In this document: in pieces, positions 51,769 to 62,036 of the stretch
Numbering within the stretch: the stretch's first letter is position 1
How the letters are laid out: each line of letters starts with the position of its first letter
Source of the DNA: a bacterium
GTDB taxonomy: Bacteria; UBA8248
NCBI GenBank assembly: GCA_965204535.1
Contig: CBDBEV010000001.1
Location: forward strand, 2,816,001-2,880,000
Reading direction: 5' to 3'
DNA: 64,000 bases
The notes under the pieces: generated by a model
Database searches by the model: none
Seen by the model: only the letters and a program-made list of their open reading frames with translations
Told to the model about the DNA's origin: nothing
Made by a program: the position numbers and the translations under genes

Positions 51769-52929
51769 ATGAGCTTAGAAGAAGTCTTGAAAAAGGCGGT
51801 CGAGCGCGTCCACGGAAGTGATTTGAAAGACGAAGAGGACAGCAAGCAGATTATAGAATCGATTTTGAGCAAATTAGGTTGGGATATTCATCATAAGAAT
51901 GATGTGGAGAAGGAGTACGTCACGAAACGCAATACAGAAAAGAGGGGTAAGGATTCCAGCGTAGATTACGCGCTAAAAAGTAGTTACCAAGCCCCGGAAG
52001 TTTTTATCGAAGCCAAAAAAATTGGCAAAGCCGATGACAAGGCAGAGGAACAATTATTTGAATATGCCGCGAATGAAAAAGTTCTGTTCCTCGTTTTGAC
52101 AGATGGACAGACTTGGACATTTTACGCAGGCGACAAAATAGGCAGGCGAGATGATAAGCCTGTTGATAGGCTGATCTGTCGAGTGAAATTGGACAGCAAT
52201 GAACAGGAGCAAATCAAGGAATATGCCTCTAGTCTAAGTGCATATTTACGCAAGGATCGTATCGTTACTAAAAAAACTGCTGAAAATAAGGCAAAAAAGC
52301 AATACGACAATAACATGAATCTCAAAAGGGCATGTGAGGCTATTCCGGTCGCTTGGCAACAGCTTGCGGAAACTTCGAATACAACCCTTTGTAATTTGCT
52401 TGCTAAAGGAGTAAAGAACCAATGTGGAACCAAGCCGAAACTTGAGGATATAGAGGCGTTCTTGAAGGGCCTTCGTCCCGGTTCCGCACCAACGACCCCT
52501 CATCGTCGGGCGAGTCAGTCAGCTACTACCTTGCCATTCCAGTCGTCGAAATCAGCCTCCATCCCATCACAATCAGCGGTCGGCAAGAAATCCAAACTCG
52601 TTGGTTTTTCCCTTGACAAAGAATCTTTTAATACCAGTTCTGCGAAAGAAACGCTGGCTGAAATACTAAAAAAGTTGCAAGACCGTGATCCCGGCTTCAT
52701 GGACCGCCTTGCGAAGGAAACAGTAGGAAGGAAACGGAGGTTAGTGGCGAGAGACCGCAATGACCTTTATGACGACCCCAAGTTCGTAAAGCAATCATCA
52801 CTGGATTTGCAGAATGGATGGTGGCTAGGGCACCATCTCAGCACAGCGCAAGTCCAACGATACATAAAAACCGCCTGCGAAGTCGCGGGCGTGAAATACG
52901 GAACCCAGTTGACTCTGATTGAGCGCTAA
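51769..52929 (+). CDS. PD-(D/E)xK nuclease (HsdR-N-like) fused to a C-terminal putative DNA-binding domain
   Basis: ILSKLGWD, VDYAL..FIEAKK, QLFEYA, VLTDGQTW; AT-rich. Confidence 0.72.
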   Translation: MSLEEVLKKAVERVHGSDLKDEEDSKQIIESILSKLGWDIHHKNDVEKEYVTKRNTEKRGKDSSVDYALKSSYQAPEVFIEAKKIGKADDKAEEQLFEYAANEKVLFLVLTDGQTWTFYAGDKIGRRDDKPVDRLICRVKLDSNEQEQIKEYASSLSAYLRKDRIVTKKTAENKAKKQYDNNMNLKRACEAIPVAWQQLAETSNTTLCNLLAKGVKNQCGTKPKLEDIEAFLKGLRPGSAPTTPHRRASQSATTLPFQSSKSASIPSQSAVGKKSKLVGFSLDKESFNTSSAKETLAEILKKLQDRDPGFMDRLAKETVGRKRRLVARDRNDLYDDPKFVKQSSLDLQNGWWLGHHLSTAQVQRYIKTACEVAGVKYGTQLTLIER

Positions 52930-53178
52930 CTCCCAAGTATCCTGAAAAGCATTGGAAACAATTAAGAATGTTTTATACGCGGCTTCGCCGCTACTCAGGG
53001 TGAGGCGGAGTGCCGGGCCGCGTGGTTTTCGAGGGGAGACGCTCTCCCGTCCACCGGGAGAGGGTTCCTCCGGGATTCCCGGCGATTTGGCGGCGCGCGC
53101 GGGGACATGGTATCGTGGCTGTGCGCGAGGACTTCAAAGACCCATCTGAATCTTCATTCTGAGAGATGGGGGCGAGAG

Positions 53179-53448
53179 ATGACGGATTACCAGTTCTACA
53201 TGTTGTTGGCCACGGCCGCCGGTCCCTTGGTGGCGCTCGGCGTCGGCGGCGCGCAATGCCTGCTGATCTTCAGCGGACTCCGGCAGATGCGGGCGGCCTC
53301 GCGCGCGCGGGAACAGCTGCACGCAGAAACCATGGCGGCCATGGAATCGCGGCACGAGGAAACCATGGCGGCTTTGGAGAAGCAGCATGCCGAAAACATG
53401 GCTGTGCTGAAAGAACTCATCCGCCGCACCGGAAACGGGGCCGAATGA
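53179..53448 (+). CDS. Membrane-anchored H-x-x-x-M repeat protein (paralog 3)
   Basis: AQCLLIFSGLRQM, HAETMAA/HEETMAA/HAENMAV, LKELIRRT. Confidence 0.72.
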   Translation: MTDYQFYMLLATAAGPLVALGVGGAQCLLIFSGLRQMRAASRAREQLHAETMAAMESRHEETMAALEKQHAENMAVLKELIRRTGNGAE

Positions 53449-53520
53449 GCGTGGTTCATGGCGGGCCGCGAGGACTTCAAAGACCCATCTGATTCTTCAT
53501 TCGGAGAGATGGGGCGAGAG

Positions 53521-53811
53521 ATGACGGATTACCAGTTCTACATGTTGCTGGCCACGGCCGCCGGTCCCGTCGTGGAACTCGCCGTCGGCGGCGCGCAATG
53601 CCTGCTGATCTTCAGCGGACTCCGGCAGATGCGGGAGGACTCGCGCGAGTACGAGAAGTTACGCGAAGCGAGAATGGCGGGCATGGAATCACGGCGCGCC
53701 GAAACGATGGCGGCTCACGCGGAAACGATGGCGGCTATAGAAAGGCAACATGCCGAAAACATGGCTGCGCTGAAAGAACTCATCCGCCGCACCGGAAACG
53801 GGATCGAGTAA
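53521..53811 (+). CDS. Membrane-anchored H-x-x-x-M repeat protein (paralog 4, tandem duplicate of paralog 3)
   Basis: Near-identical N- and C-termini to 53179 gene. Confidence 0.72.
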   Translation: MTDYQFYMLLATAAGPVVELAVGGAQCLLIFSGLRQMREDSREYEKLREARMAGMESRRAETMAAHAETMAAIERQHAENMAALKELIRRTGNGIE

Positions 53812-53861
53812 TCGATCCGCAAGGGGAAGTGATTTCGAAGCGTATTACCTCACACGTCTCC

Positions 53862-55577
53862 TCACCCCGCCTTGCCGAGCATCTCTCTCGCGTGCTCTCG
53901 GGCGGCGTCGGTGATTTCGAGGCCCGTTCCCATGCGGGCGATCTCCTCCACGCGCTCATCGTCATCCAGAACCTCTACGCGCGTCTGCGTGCGCTCCCCG
54001 GCGACGTGTTTTTCCACCCGGAAATGGCGATCACCCAGGCTCGCGACCTGCGGCAGGTGGGTGACGACGAGCACCTGATGGCTCGCCGATACCCCTTTCA
54101 GTTTTCTGCCCACGACCTCGGCCACCGCCCCGCCGATCCCTGCATCCACCTCGTCGAAGATGAGGGTGGGGATCAAGTCGGCGCGCCTTAAGACGGATTC
54201 CAGGGCCAGCATCAGCCGCGATAGTTCACCGCCCGAGGCGACGCGGCTTAAAGAGCGCGGCGGCTCGCCGGGGTTGGGTGAGAAGTGAAACTGCGCGCGG
54301 TCGACGCCGTCGGCGCGAACGGCCACGGGGCGTCCTTCCACGTGGATGAAGCCCTCGGGGTCTTCCTGATGCGTGATGAGCGTCTGGAATTTCGCGCCCG
54401 TGAGGCCCAGTTCACCCAACGCCTCTTCCATGCGGGCATCGAGGCTTTCTGCGGCGCCTGCTCTTTTCTCGGAAAGAGCGAGGGCGGCTTTTGCGAGTTC
54501 GGCCCTGATCGAGTCGCGCTCCTCCACGAGGCGCGCCTCGGTCCCCTCCTCATCCGAAATTGCGGCGAGGCTGCTCCGGCACTCCTCGAGATACGCGAGG
54601 CATTCCGCCTCGTCGCTCCCGTATTTCCTGATCATCTCTCTTATCAGCGCGCGTCTGGCTTCCAGGGCTTCGAGGCGTTCGGGGTCGTGCTCGATTCCAT
54701 CTGTGTAATCGCGGAGCGAATCGGCAAGGTTCTCAAGCTGCGCTTGTGCGGATGCGGCTTCCTCCGCAAGGGAAGCCAGTGAATTATCGAGTTCACTCAT
54801 GCCTTCGAGTTCGCGCAGGATTTCTCCCGTTTTTTCGACGACCGACCCTTCCGCCTCATGGAGCCGCTCATAAAGCGACGCCGCGCCTTCTATCAGGCGG
54901 CCCGCGTTCCTGAGCCTCGGCAGTTCGGTCTCAATCTCCGAGAGTTCACCTGCGCGCAGGGCTGCTTTTTCCAGTTCCTCCACCTGGAAGCGCAGGAGGT
55001 CCGCCCTCTGGGCGCGTTCGCGCACGCCTTCGCGGTGCGCGTTCAGTTTTTCCTCTGCAGTTTTCAGTTCGCGCACCATCTCGCCCAGGGCGGCTCTTTC
55101 TCCGCTAGTGTCCGCAAAGTCGTCCAGCAGCCCCAGGTGGGATACGGGGCGCAGGAGGCTTTGGTGCGCGTGCTGGCCGTGGATGTTCACGAGGCGCTCG
55201 CCCACCCGGGAGAGCAGCGAGGCCGTGCCGAGGACACCGTTTAAGTAGATACGGCTTCTTCCCGCCTCCGCCACCCGGCGCCGCACGATGAGTTCACCGC
55301 CATCTTCCATTTCCACGCCCGCTTCTTCGAGCAGGGAGCGGGCCGAAATACCGCCTGCGGTATCGGGTATCTCGAAGAGCGATTCGACGACGGCCTCTTT
55401 TGCGCCCCCCCGAACGAGGTCGCCCCCTGCGCGGGCGCCCAGGGTGAGGTTCAGGGCGTCGAAGATGATGGATTTCCCGGCGCCCGTCTCGCCCGTCAGG
55501 ACGTTCAGGCCAGAGCCGAAGGCGATTTCCAGGTCGTCGATGATGGCGAAATTCGTGATCTTGAGGAGGCGGAGCAT
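53862..55577 (-). CDS. recN: DNA repair protein RecN
   Basis: LTGETGAGKS, IHGQH, ASGGELSR, FDEVDAG, THLPQVA. Confidence 0.96.
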   Translation of the reverse strand: MLRLLKITNFAIIDDLEIAFGSGLNVLTGETGAGKSIIFDALNLTLGARAGGDLVRGGAKEAVVESLFEIPDTAGGISARSLLEEAGVEMEDGGELIVRRRVAEAGRSRIYLNGVLGTASLLSRVGERLVNIHGQHAHQSLLRPVSHLGLLDDFADTSGERAALGEMVRELKTAEEKLNAHREGVRERAQRADLLRFQVEELEKAALRAGELSEIETELPRLRNAGRLIEGAASLYERLHEAEGSVVEKTGEILRELEGMSELDNSLASLAEEAASAQAQLENLADSLRDYTDGIEHDPERLEALEARRALIREMIRKYGSDEAECLAYLEECRSSLAAISDEEGTEARLVEERDSIRAELAKAALALSEKRAGAAESLDARMEEALGELGLTGAKFQTLITHQEDPEGFIHVEGRPVAVRADGVDRAQFHFSPNPGEPPRSLSRVASGGELSRLMLALESVLRRADLIPTLIFDEVDAGIGGAVAEVVGRKLKGVSASHQVLVVTHLPQVASLGDRHFRVEKHVAGERTQTRVEVLDDDERVEEIARMGTGLEITDAAREHAREMLGKAG

Positions 55578-55582
55578 GGGAG

Positions 55583-56488
55583 TTACATCTTCCGCCCGCC
55601 GCGCGGGTGGGTCTCCCACAAGAGCTTTTCTCTCAAGGTCTGAAAAAAATCCGCACCCCTGGGCCGGATGATCCGCACGGGGGTGCGGCTTTTCCGGATT
55701 TTCACCGAATCGCCCGCTTCGAGTTCGCAACCCGGGAAGCCGTCGAGCGTGAGGAGAACCTCTCGTCCTTCCGCTTCGGTATCCGGGAAGATCGTGATTT
55801 CAAGCTCCGTCTCGGCGGGAACGACGATGGGCCGGTTGCTGAGCGTGTGCGGGCATATCGGGTTGATGAGCATCACGTTCAGATCGGGCAGCACGAGCGG
55901 CCCGCCCGCGGAGAGGGAGTAGGCCGTGGAGCCCGTGGGTGTGGCGACGATGAGGCCGTCCGCGCGGAAATAGCCCAGATGCCTGCCTTCCATCTGAACC
56001 TCGTATTCGACCATGCGCGCCAGAGGCCCGGTGGTGAGCACGATATCGTTCAGCGTATCGGACAGCGCAGGCGCCGCGCCCCCGTTGATTTGAACCTCCG
56101 CGCCGAGGCGCATGCGCGATTCGATGGAAAATTCTTTTTTTATCAGTATCCGCTCGAGCGCCGGGTAGAGTTCGGCCTGGGGGATGTCCGCCAGAAAGCC
56201 CAGGTGCCCGGTGTTGATGCCCAAAAGGAGCGGGGATTCCGCCCCGATGTTGTGCGCGGTGCGCAGCATGGAGCCGTCGCCGCCGAAGACGATGACCAGG
56301 TCGGCGCGCTTGACGACCTCCTCGCGCGCGGCGCCCGTTTCCTCTCCCGCCATCCGGGCCGTGTCCAGATCGAGATGGACCTCGAAGCCTCTCTCCTTCA
56401 GCCAGGCGGTAAGGCCGGTGAAATCGAGCGGGCTTTTTTGCGCCTCCGCCCATGCGGTCAGTGCGATGCGCTCAATGTTCGTCGCCAC
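55583..56488 (-). CDS. nadK: NAD kinase
   Basis: GGDGSML, GHLGFL, LND, DGLIVATPTGSTAYSLSAGG. Confidence 0.95.
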   Translation of the reverse strand: MATNIERIALTAWAEAQKSPLDFTGLTAWLKERGFEVHLDLDTARMAGEETGAAREEVVKRADLVIVFGGDGSMLRTAHNIGAESPLLLGINTGHLGFLADIPQAELYPALERILIKKEFSIESRMRLGAEVQINGGAAPALSDTLNDIVLTTGPLARMVEYEVQMEGRHLGYFRADGLIVATPTGSTAYSLSAGGPLVLPDLNVMLINPICPHTLSNRPIVVPAETELEITIFPDTEAEGREVLLTLDGFPGCELEAGDSVKIRKSRTPVRIIRPRGADFFQTLREKLLWETHPRGGRKM

Positions 56489-56627
56489 GTGATGAATCTC
56501 CCGAATCAGCCTCGGTGGCAAGGTATCCCAGGGTCTGCGCCCCGGCAACCGCATGCCGAAAACGAGCACGGCGGAACTAATACCCTTAGTCTAACTATTT
56601 ATATGATGAATCTTCGTTGGACAATGA

Positions 56628-57497
56628 TTAGTTTCGCGGTGCTATATGCTTGGGCGGCGTTTTGCCGTTTATCCAGTCGACGATAGCGGCCACGGTTTCA
56701 CGTTCCACCCCAAAGAAGCCATGCTGACTTCTGGCTTGGCACGGTCGGCTTTTGGGTTCACGTCCTCCGCTCACTGTAACAAAATGCTTGCGCGGATTGT
56801 CGGGCAGTTCATAGAAAATTCCTTGAGCGGCGTCGTCGTAAGACGTTGCTCGGCATCCATCGTCGATGTGATGAACAACCAGCGTCGGTCGTTTGATCCG
56901 GCTTGCATCATGGACGACTTCGTTCATGCTCGCAGTCAATATATAGCCTTTGACGTTTGGATGCTCCATGACGGTTGCTAGGTATCCTACGGAAAGCGTG
57001 CCCCTGCTGGTTCCTGCCAGATAGACGCCGCACGACTTTTCCTTTTTCGTGAGAAAATCCACTGCCGCGCGTATATCCTCGTGATGTTCTTTCGAAGTAC
57101 GGTAGGAATCGCTCAACATTTTCTTGTCCGATGGAAAGTCAAGCAGAACGGTAATGAGCCCCTCTCTGGCGAAAAGCGGCGAACTTCTGATGAGAAAGTT
57201 TCCTCCCAGCCTCAAGCGCCCGCCCTTACGTTTCGTAATCCGCGCCGTTTTTCCGCCGATGAACAACATCACCGCCAAACATCCCGTCTTTTCTCTTTTG
57301 GCAACCAGAAACCTTTGCTTGACTCCCGGGCGAGTGGGTATCTTGATGGCTTCCCACAGCAGCGTAGCGTCGGGGTCCCTGAAATCGGCATGGGGAATGA
57401 CGTGTAGGTACTTACGCTCAATCATGTCCGCATGTCCGAATGGAACACCAAAAAAGATGAACAGAAATACCGCCGTAATAATTCGTTTGAAGTGCAT
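56628..57497 (-). CDS. Exported alpha/beta hydrolase-fold protein
   Basis: Signal peptide, GTSRG nucleophile elbow, VHH.DDGC, HGF. Confidence 0.75.
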   Translation of the reverse strand: MHFKRIITAVFLFIFFGVPFGHADMIERKYLHVIPHADFRDPDATLLWEAIKIPTRPGVKQRFLVAKREKTGCLAVMLFIGGKTARITKRKGGRLRLGGNFLIRSSPLFAREGLITVLLDFPSDKKMLSDSYRTSKEHHEDIRAAVDFLTKKEKSCGVYLAGTSRGTLSVGYLATVMEHPNVKGYILTASMNEVVHDASRIKRPTLVVHHIDDGCRATSYDDAAQGIFYELPDNPRKHFVTVSGGREPKSRPCQARSQHGFFGVERETVAAIVDWINGKTPPKHIAPRN

Positions 57498-57614
57498 TTC
57501 AGACCTTTCTCTGTTTCGATGTTTTGTCAAATGTTATCTACCTGGGGAAGCGGAAATATGCGTGATTATATATTTCCCAGAAGCCATTGCTTGATACAAA
57601 CACATCCCCGCCGT

Positions 57615-58532
57615 TCACCCGCGCGCCTGCAACGCGGCGTCTTTTCTTCGCTGGGGCAGACGCCGCCAGTAGCGGCAGGCATCCTGCAGGGGGCAGCCCG
57701 CGCAGAGTTTGATGTCTCTTTTGCTCGGACAATGCTTCAAGATGCCCATCCGCGAGATGGCGAAATCGTAGCGCACCGGGTCGTCGGGGTCGATGCGCTT
57801 CAGGTTTCTCGTGATCTCGAGCGCCATCTTGAGGTCGGGCGTTTTCCTGTCGGTGAGGCCCAGCAGGCGCCCGATGCGTGCGATGTGGGTGTCGAGCGGT
57901 ATGATGAGCTGATGGGTTTTCGGCGTCTTCCAGAGGCCCAGGTCCAGGCCGTCGTCGGGCCGCACCATCCACCTGAGAAACAGGTGGAGACGCTTGCACG
58001 CGCTGCCGCTCGCGGGATCGGGCAGGAGATAGTGAATGCCGCGCTCGATTTTCGCGTCCGCGGGCGCCGCCGGGAGGGAGCGGAACAGGCGCTCCCTGAA
58101 TCTTTTGAGCGCCCCCTGGAGCGTCTCCTCCTCGGCGCAATAGCCTTTGAGGAAAAGCGCTTCGAGCGATCCCTCGTTCCTGAGCGCGGCCCCGATCGCC
58201 TGGGCGAAAACGCCGATGGCCTCGGGACCCACCCAGCGGTGGTAGAGACCTTCGAAGAGGCGGGCGCTCTCCTCGGGAAGATGGCTGCGCAGCGCGTCGG
58301 CGGGCCGGGGGCCGAGGCGCTCCATGATGCGCTTTACGCTCATCCGTATCGCGGCGGCGTTGCCGAAGGCCAGGGATGCGCTCAGAAACGCCGCGACCTC
58401 GCGATCCCGCGCGCCCCGGTAGGCGTGCGCAAGGCCGAGCGGGTCGGTGGCCAGATAGCCGTCGTGATAGGCGTGGGCGAGCGCGTCCAGCTTCTCCTTG
58501 AGAAGCGGCACGTCTCCCGCCCTGAGAGGCAC
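57615..58532 (-). CDS. TIGR02757/DUF2400 family protein
   Basis: DREVAA..LAFG, SACKRLHLFLRWMVR, IPLDTH, DPVRYDFA. Confidence 0.88.
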   Translation of the reverse strand: MPLRAGDVPLLKEKLDALAHAYHDGYLATDPLGLAHAYRGARDREVAAFLSASLAFGNAAAIRMSVKRIMERLGPRPADALRSHLPEESARLFEGLYHRWVGPEAIGVFAQAIGAALRNEGSLEALFLKGYCAEEETLQGALKRFRERLFRSLPAAPADAKIERGIHYLLPDPASGSACKRLHLFLRWMVRPDDGLDLGLWKTPKTHQLIIPLDTHIARIGRLLGLTDRKTPDLKMALEITRNLKRIDPDDPVRYDFAISRMGILKHCPSKRDIKLCAGCPLQDACRYWRRLPQRRKDAALQARG

Positions 58533-58981
58533 TAGAACGCGCCCTTGGAATCCAGCAGCAGGGTGACGGGGCCGTCGTTCACGAGTTCGACTTCCATCAT
58601 CGCGCCGAAGCGGCCCGTCGCGACGCGAACCCCGAGATTTTCGACCCGCGCGACGAATCGCTCATACAGAGGCTCCGCCTGCTCGGGCGGGGCCGCGGCG
58701 ATGAAGGCGGGACGCCTTCCCTTTCGGCAATCGCCGTGCAGGGTGAACTGGCTGACGACGAGCATCGCTCCGTCCGCGTCGAGAAGCGAGAGGTTCATTT
58801 TCTGCGCCTCATCGGGGAATATCCTCAAGTTGGTGGTTTTATCGGCGAGGAAATCGACGTCTTTTTCAGTATCCTCGCGTCCGACCCCCAGGAAAACGAG
58901 GAGTCCGCCCCGGATTTCTCCAACGATCTCGGAATCCACACGGACACAGGCCTTGCTCACGCGCTGAACGACGGCTCTCAT
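58532..58981 (-). CDS. dtd: D-aminoacyl-tRNA deacylase
   Basis: [19 protein letters not shown]. Confidence 0.96.
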   Translation of the reverse strand: MRAVVQRVSKACVRVDSEIVGEIRGGLLVFLGVGREDTEKDVDFLADKTTNLRIFPDEAQKMNLSLLDADGAMLVVSQFTLHGDCRKGRRPAFIAAAPPEQAEPLYERFVARVENLGVRVATGRFGAMMEVELVNDGPVTLLLDSKGAF

Positions 58982-59258
58982 ATTCGTTTGTCCCGCGGGG
59001 TCATTTTATTATCTCCGGGCCAGCGCTATCCCTGTTCCACCGTATGCCGGCGATGGGTCCAGAATATACGGCGAGTCTCTTGAAATTCAACGCCTTGAAA
59101 CATCGCCCCGCCCGCGCGGCGTTTTCAAGTTCCCTTTGTCGTTTTCCTTGGTTGAAATGCGGGGAGCAATGTGCGAGAAATCATTTGCGAATTTTTCGCA
59201 CCATTCATTCACATATAGCGAATGCGGCATCATATCCTAGCCACAATCGGGGCGGCCA

Positions 59259-59861
59259 TTGTCCAGCGCGGAAAAATTGTCCAGAAAAAAAGTGTTCACC
59301 ACGTTCGAAGTCGCGGAAATTTGCGACGTCACGCCGGTCACGATTCAAAACTGGATAGACAAGGGCTGGCTGCTCGCATACCGAACGCCGGGAGGCCATA
59401 GAAGGGTGAGGAAAGAGGCGCTTCTCTCTTTCCTGGAATCACGCGACATGCCCCATCCCTTTCGGGAAAAGGGGGGTGTTCCCCGGGTGCTCATCGTGAA
59501 TGGCGATCAGGGCCTTGCCGACTCTCTCAAAGAAGCGCTCTCGTTGGATGAGCCGGGCTATGAAATTCAGGTGGCGCACGACGGGTTCCGGGCCGGTGTC
59601 CTCTATTCCAGTTCGCATCCGGATGTGGTGATACTCGATCTGAATCATTCCAGCGTGGATGGTTACGAGGTGTGCCGCCAGATAAAACAGAGCGAGGCCG
59701 GCGGCGAAACGTGCGTCGTGGCGCTCGGCGGCGTCGATGGGGACGAACGCAGGCGCATTCTCGATATGGGCGCGGCGCATTGCCTCCCCAAGCCGGTGGA
59801 CTCCGTGGGTCTCAGGAATCTGGTGAAAGAGGCCGTCCTGAATCGCTGGAGGTCCCCTTAG
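59259..59861 (+). CDS. Response regulator with N-terminal MerR/excisionase-like HTH
   Basis: TTFEVAEIC..TPGGHRR HTH; receiver VILD..DGYEV..KP. Confidence 0.85.
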   Translation: MSSAEKLSRKKVFTTFEVAEICDVTPVTIQNWIDKGWLLAYRTPGGHRRVRKEALLSFLESRDMPHPFREKGGVPRVLIVNGDQGLADSLKEALSLDEPGYEIQVAHDGFRAGVLYSSSHPDVVILDLNHSSVDGYEVCRQIKQSEAGGETCVVALGGVDGDERRRILDMGAAHCLPKPVDSVGLRNLVKEAVLNRWRSP

Positions 59862-59953
59862 GCGCGTTCGGCATCGGGAGCCAAATCGGCGCAGCCCCGT
59901 GATTTTCATGGCGTGGGCTTGTGGTAACGCCCGTGTCGGGCTGAAATGTGTTG

Positions 59954-60841
59954 CTAGTTCTCCTCGGGCGCATCCTCATCGGCGCCCCGGTTTCTCAGAA
60001 AACGCTCCAGTTCCCTGGCCAGCTCATCTCCCGAGGGAAGCTCGCCCGGCTGGGTTTCTTCATCGAAGCCGTCGTCTCTGAGTTTTAGCTGTTCCACGTA
60101 GTCTCTCACCGATTTGTTCTTGTCGAGCGCCTCGTCGACTTTCTCTTCGAATTCATGCGCGCCCGCCTCGAGCTCGGAGAGATTGAGGGGGTAGGAGAGA
60201 AACTCGCTGAGCCGCTCCACGAGGGCGAGCGCCGCCTTCGGGTTGGGCGTCACGTTCACGTAGTGGGGCACGTTCGCCCATACGCTGACGGCGGGGAGGT
60301 TTTCGTCGCGGAACAGGTTGTTCAGCACGCCGACGATTCCGGTGGGTCCCTCATAGCGCGAGGGTTTGAGGCCCAGTTGAGAGGCGAGATCGGGGTTCGT
60401 GGAGGTGCCGGTAATCCGGACCCTGCTTCGGTGGTAGACGTCGGCGAGCAGGGCGCCCACCGTCACGGCCATCCGCACCCGGCATTCGCGCACCATGGAC
60501 AATATGATTTTCGAAAAGCGCTCCCATTGCAGATGAGGCTCCACGCCCAGGAACACCACCACATCGTGTTCGAGGTTCGGCGTCTCGCATGCGTAGAACG
60601 TGTTCGAGGGCCAGGTGATTTTCCGGCGGCTGTCCTCATCGAGGCTGACGTGGGGCCGCATGTCCTGAAAATTGTAGAACGGGTCGGAATCGATCCGGGC
60701 GAATTCCGACCCCCCCATTTTCTCGGTGATGAAACTGGCGGCGGTCGTGGCGGCGCTGCTGGCGTCGTTCCAGCCCGCGAAAGCCATGAGTAAAGCGGGG
60801 TCTCTGAGCTTCGGCGTTTCCTTGATGTCGAGATGTTCCAT
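59954..60841 (-). CDS. PAC2 family (proteasome assembly chaperone-like) protein
   Basis: AFAGWNDA, GVEPHLQW, YEGPTGI, WANVPHY. Confidence 0.88.
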   Translation of the reverse strand: MEHLDIKETPKLRDPALLMAFAGWNDASSAATTAASFITEKMGGSEFARIDSDPFYNFQDMRPHVSLDEDSRRKITWPSNTFYACETPNLEHDVVVFLGVEPHLQWERFSKIILSMVRECRVRMAVTVGALLADVYHRSRVRITGTSTNPDLASQLGLKPSRYEGPTGIVGVLNNLFRDENLPAVSVWANVPHYVNVTPNPKAALALVERLSEFLSYPLNLSELEAGAHEFEEKVDEALDKNKSVRDYVEQLKLRDDGFDEETQPGELPSGDELARELERFLRNRGADEDAPEEN

Positions 60842-61118
60842 TTGTTTGTCCCCCCAGTCCGCCTTATGAATCCAAGAACAAAGACTTTATCGGTTCAAGG
60901 AGAAAAGAAAGAAAACCATTGTATGAGGTCTCGGGAGGGGATTCAATCCTTTATTTCGGGGATTCTCGTGCGGCGTTTGATGGAGGCGCGCCGGTGGGAT
61001 ATAAATTTTCAGCCCGTGAGCCTGCGGCGTTTTCCGGCGGGGGGAGGCGATCTTCCTTCTTCCGGGGCGGAGATGTAGAGGAGCGGGCCGAATGCGGGTG
61101 GAACGTGAGGGATCGGTT

Positions 61119-61901
61119 ATGAACGCCCCTGAATCGTCGGATATGAAGGATAAGGTCGTCCTGGTGACCGGCGGCTCGCGCGGCATCGGCGCGGCCATTG
61201 CGAGGCGATTCGCGCGCGAGGGCGCGCATCTGGCCTTGAACCACAGGGACGGGAAGGGGAGGTCCGTCCAGATGGCGGACGAACTTTGCCGCGAGTTTGA
61301 GGCCGCCGGAGGACGGGCGGTCGCCATCCCTGCGGACATTTCGAAAAAAGACGCCGTAAAGGCCATGTTCGCGCAGGTGGAAGAGGAGTTCGGGCGACTC
61401 GACGTGCTCGTCCTGAACGCGGCGCGCGCGCCCTTCAAGCCGTGGGAGAAGCTCCTGGAGCGCGACCTCAAGCTCTTGGTGGAGACGAATTTTCTGGGCA
61501 ACGTCTTCTGCCTGCAGGGGGCGCTTCCGTTGCTCTCGCGCCGGGGCGGGACCGTCGTGTTCATATCGAGTCTGGGGGGCCGCTTTTATCACCCCGAATA
61601 CCCCCTGGGGCCCATGAAGGCGGCCATGGAGGCGGCGGTCACGCATTGGGCGGAAAGTTTCGAGGAGAGAGGCGTATCGGTCAACGCCGTCTGCGCGGGG
61701 CTGGTGAAGACCGATTCGTTCAAGACGCTGCGCATGGTTCAGCCGGAGCTGGAAGAGCTGCCCGAGCGTTATTTCGTGACGCCGGAAGAAGTGGCGGAAT
61801 CGGTCTATTTTCTCGCGGGCGCCGGCGCGGCTTCCATACGCGGGCAGACCCTCGTGGTCGACAGGGGACTCAGCAACCGCCTGAACCGCCCCCCGGGGTG
61901 A
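61119..61901 (+). CDS. SDR oxidoreductase (FabL/FabG-like)
   Basis: TGGSRGIG, LVLNAA, Y.....MKAAME (FabL-type spacing), GQTLVVD. Confidence 0.85.
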   Translation: MNAPESSDMKDKVVLVTGGSRGIGAAIARRFAREGAHLALNHRDGKGRSVQMADELCREFEAAGGRAVAIPADISKKDAVKAMFAQVEEEFGRLDVLVLNAARAPFKPWEKLLERDLKLLVETNFLGNVFCLQGALPLLSRRGGTVVFISSLGGRFYHPEYPLGPMKAAMEAAVTHWAESFEERGVSVNAVCAGLVKTDSFKTLRMVQPELEELPERYFVTPEEVAESVYFLAGAGAASIRGQTLVVDRGLSNRLNRPPG

Positions 61902-62036
61902 TGGAGCGGGGGAGATTCCTCGGAGAAGGTTGATTTTCGTTCCCCTCCTTGGTTGTATACGCTTGGATGCGTGGGGGAGGTTTGCATGCGTCCCTACACG
62001 AGGACGGGCCGCGCTTGATCGTTACAGAGGACTGCT

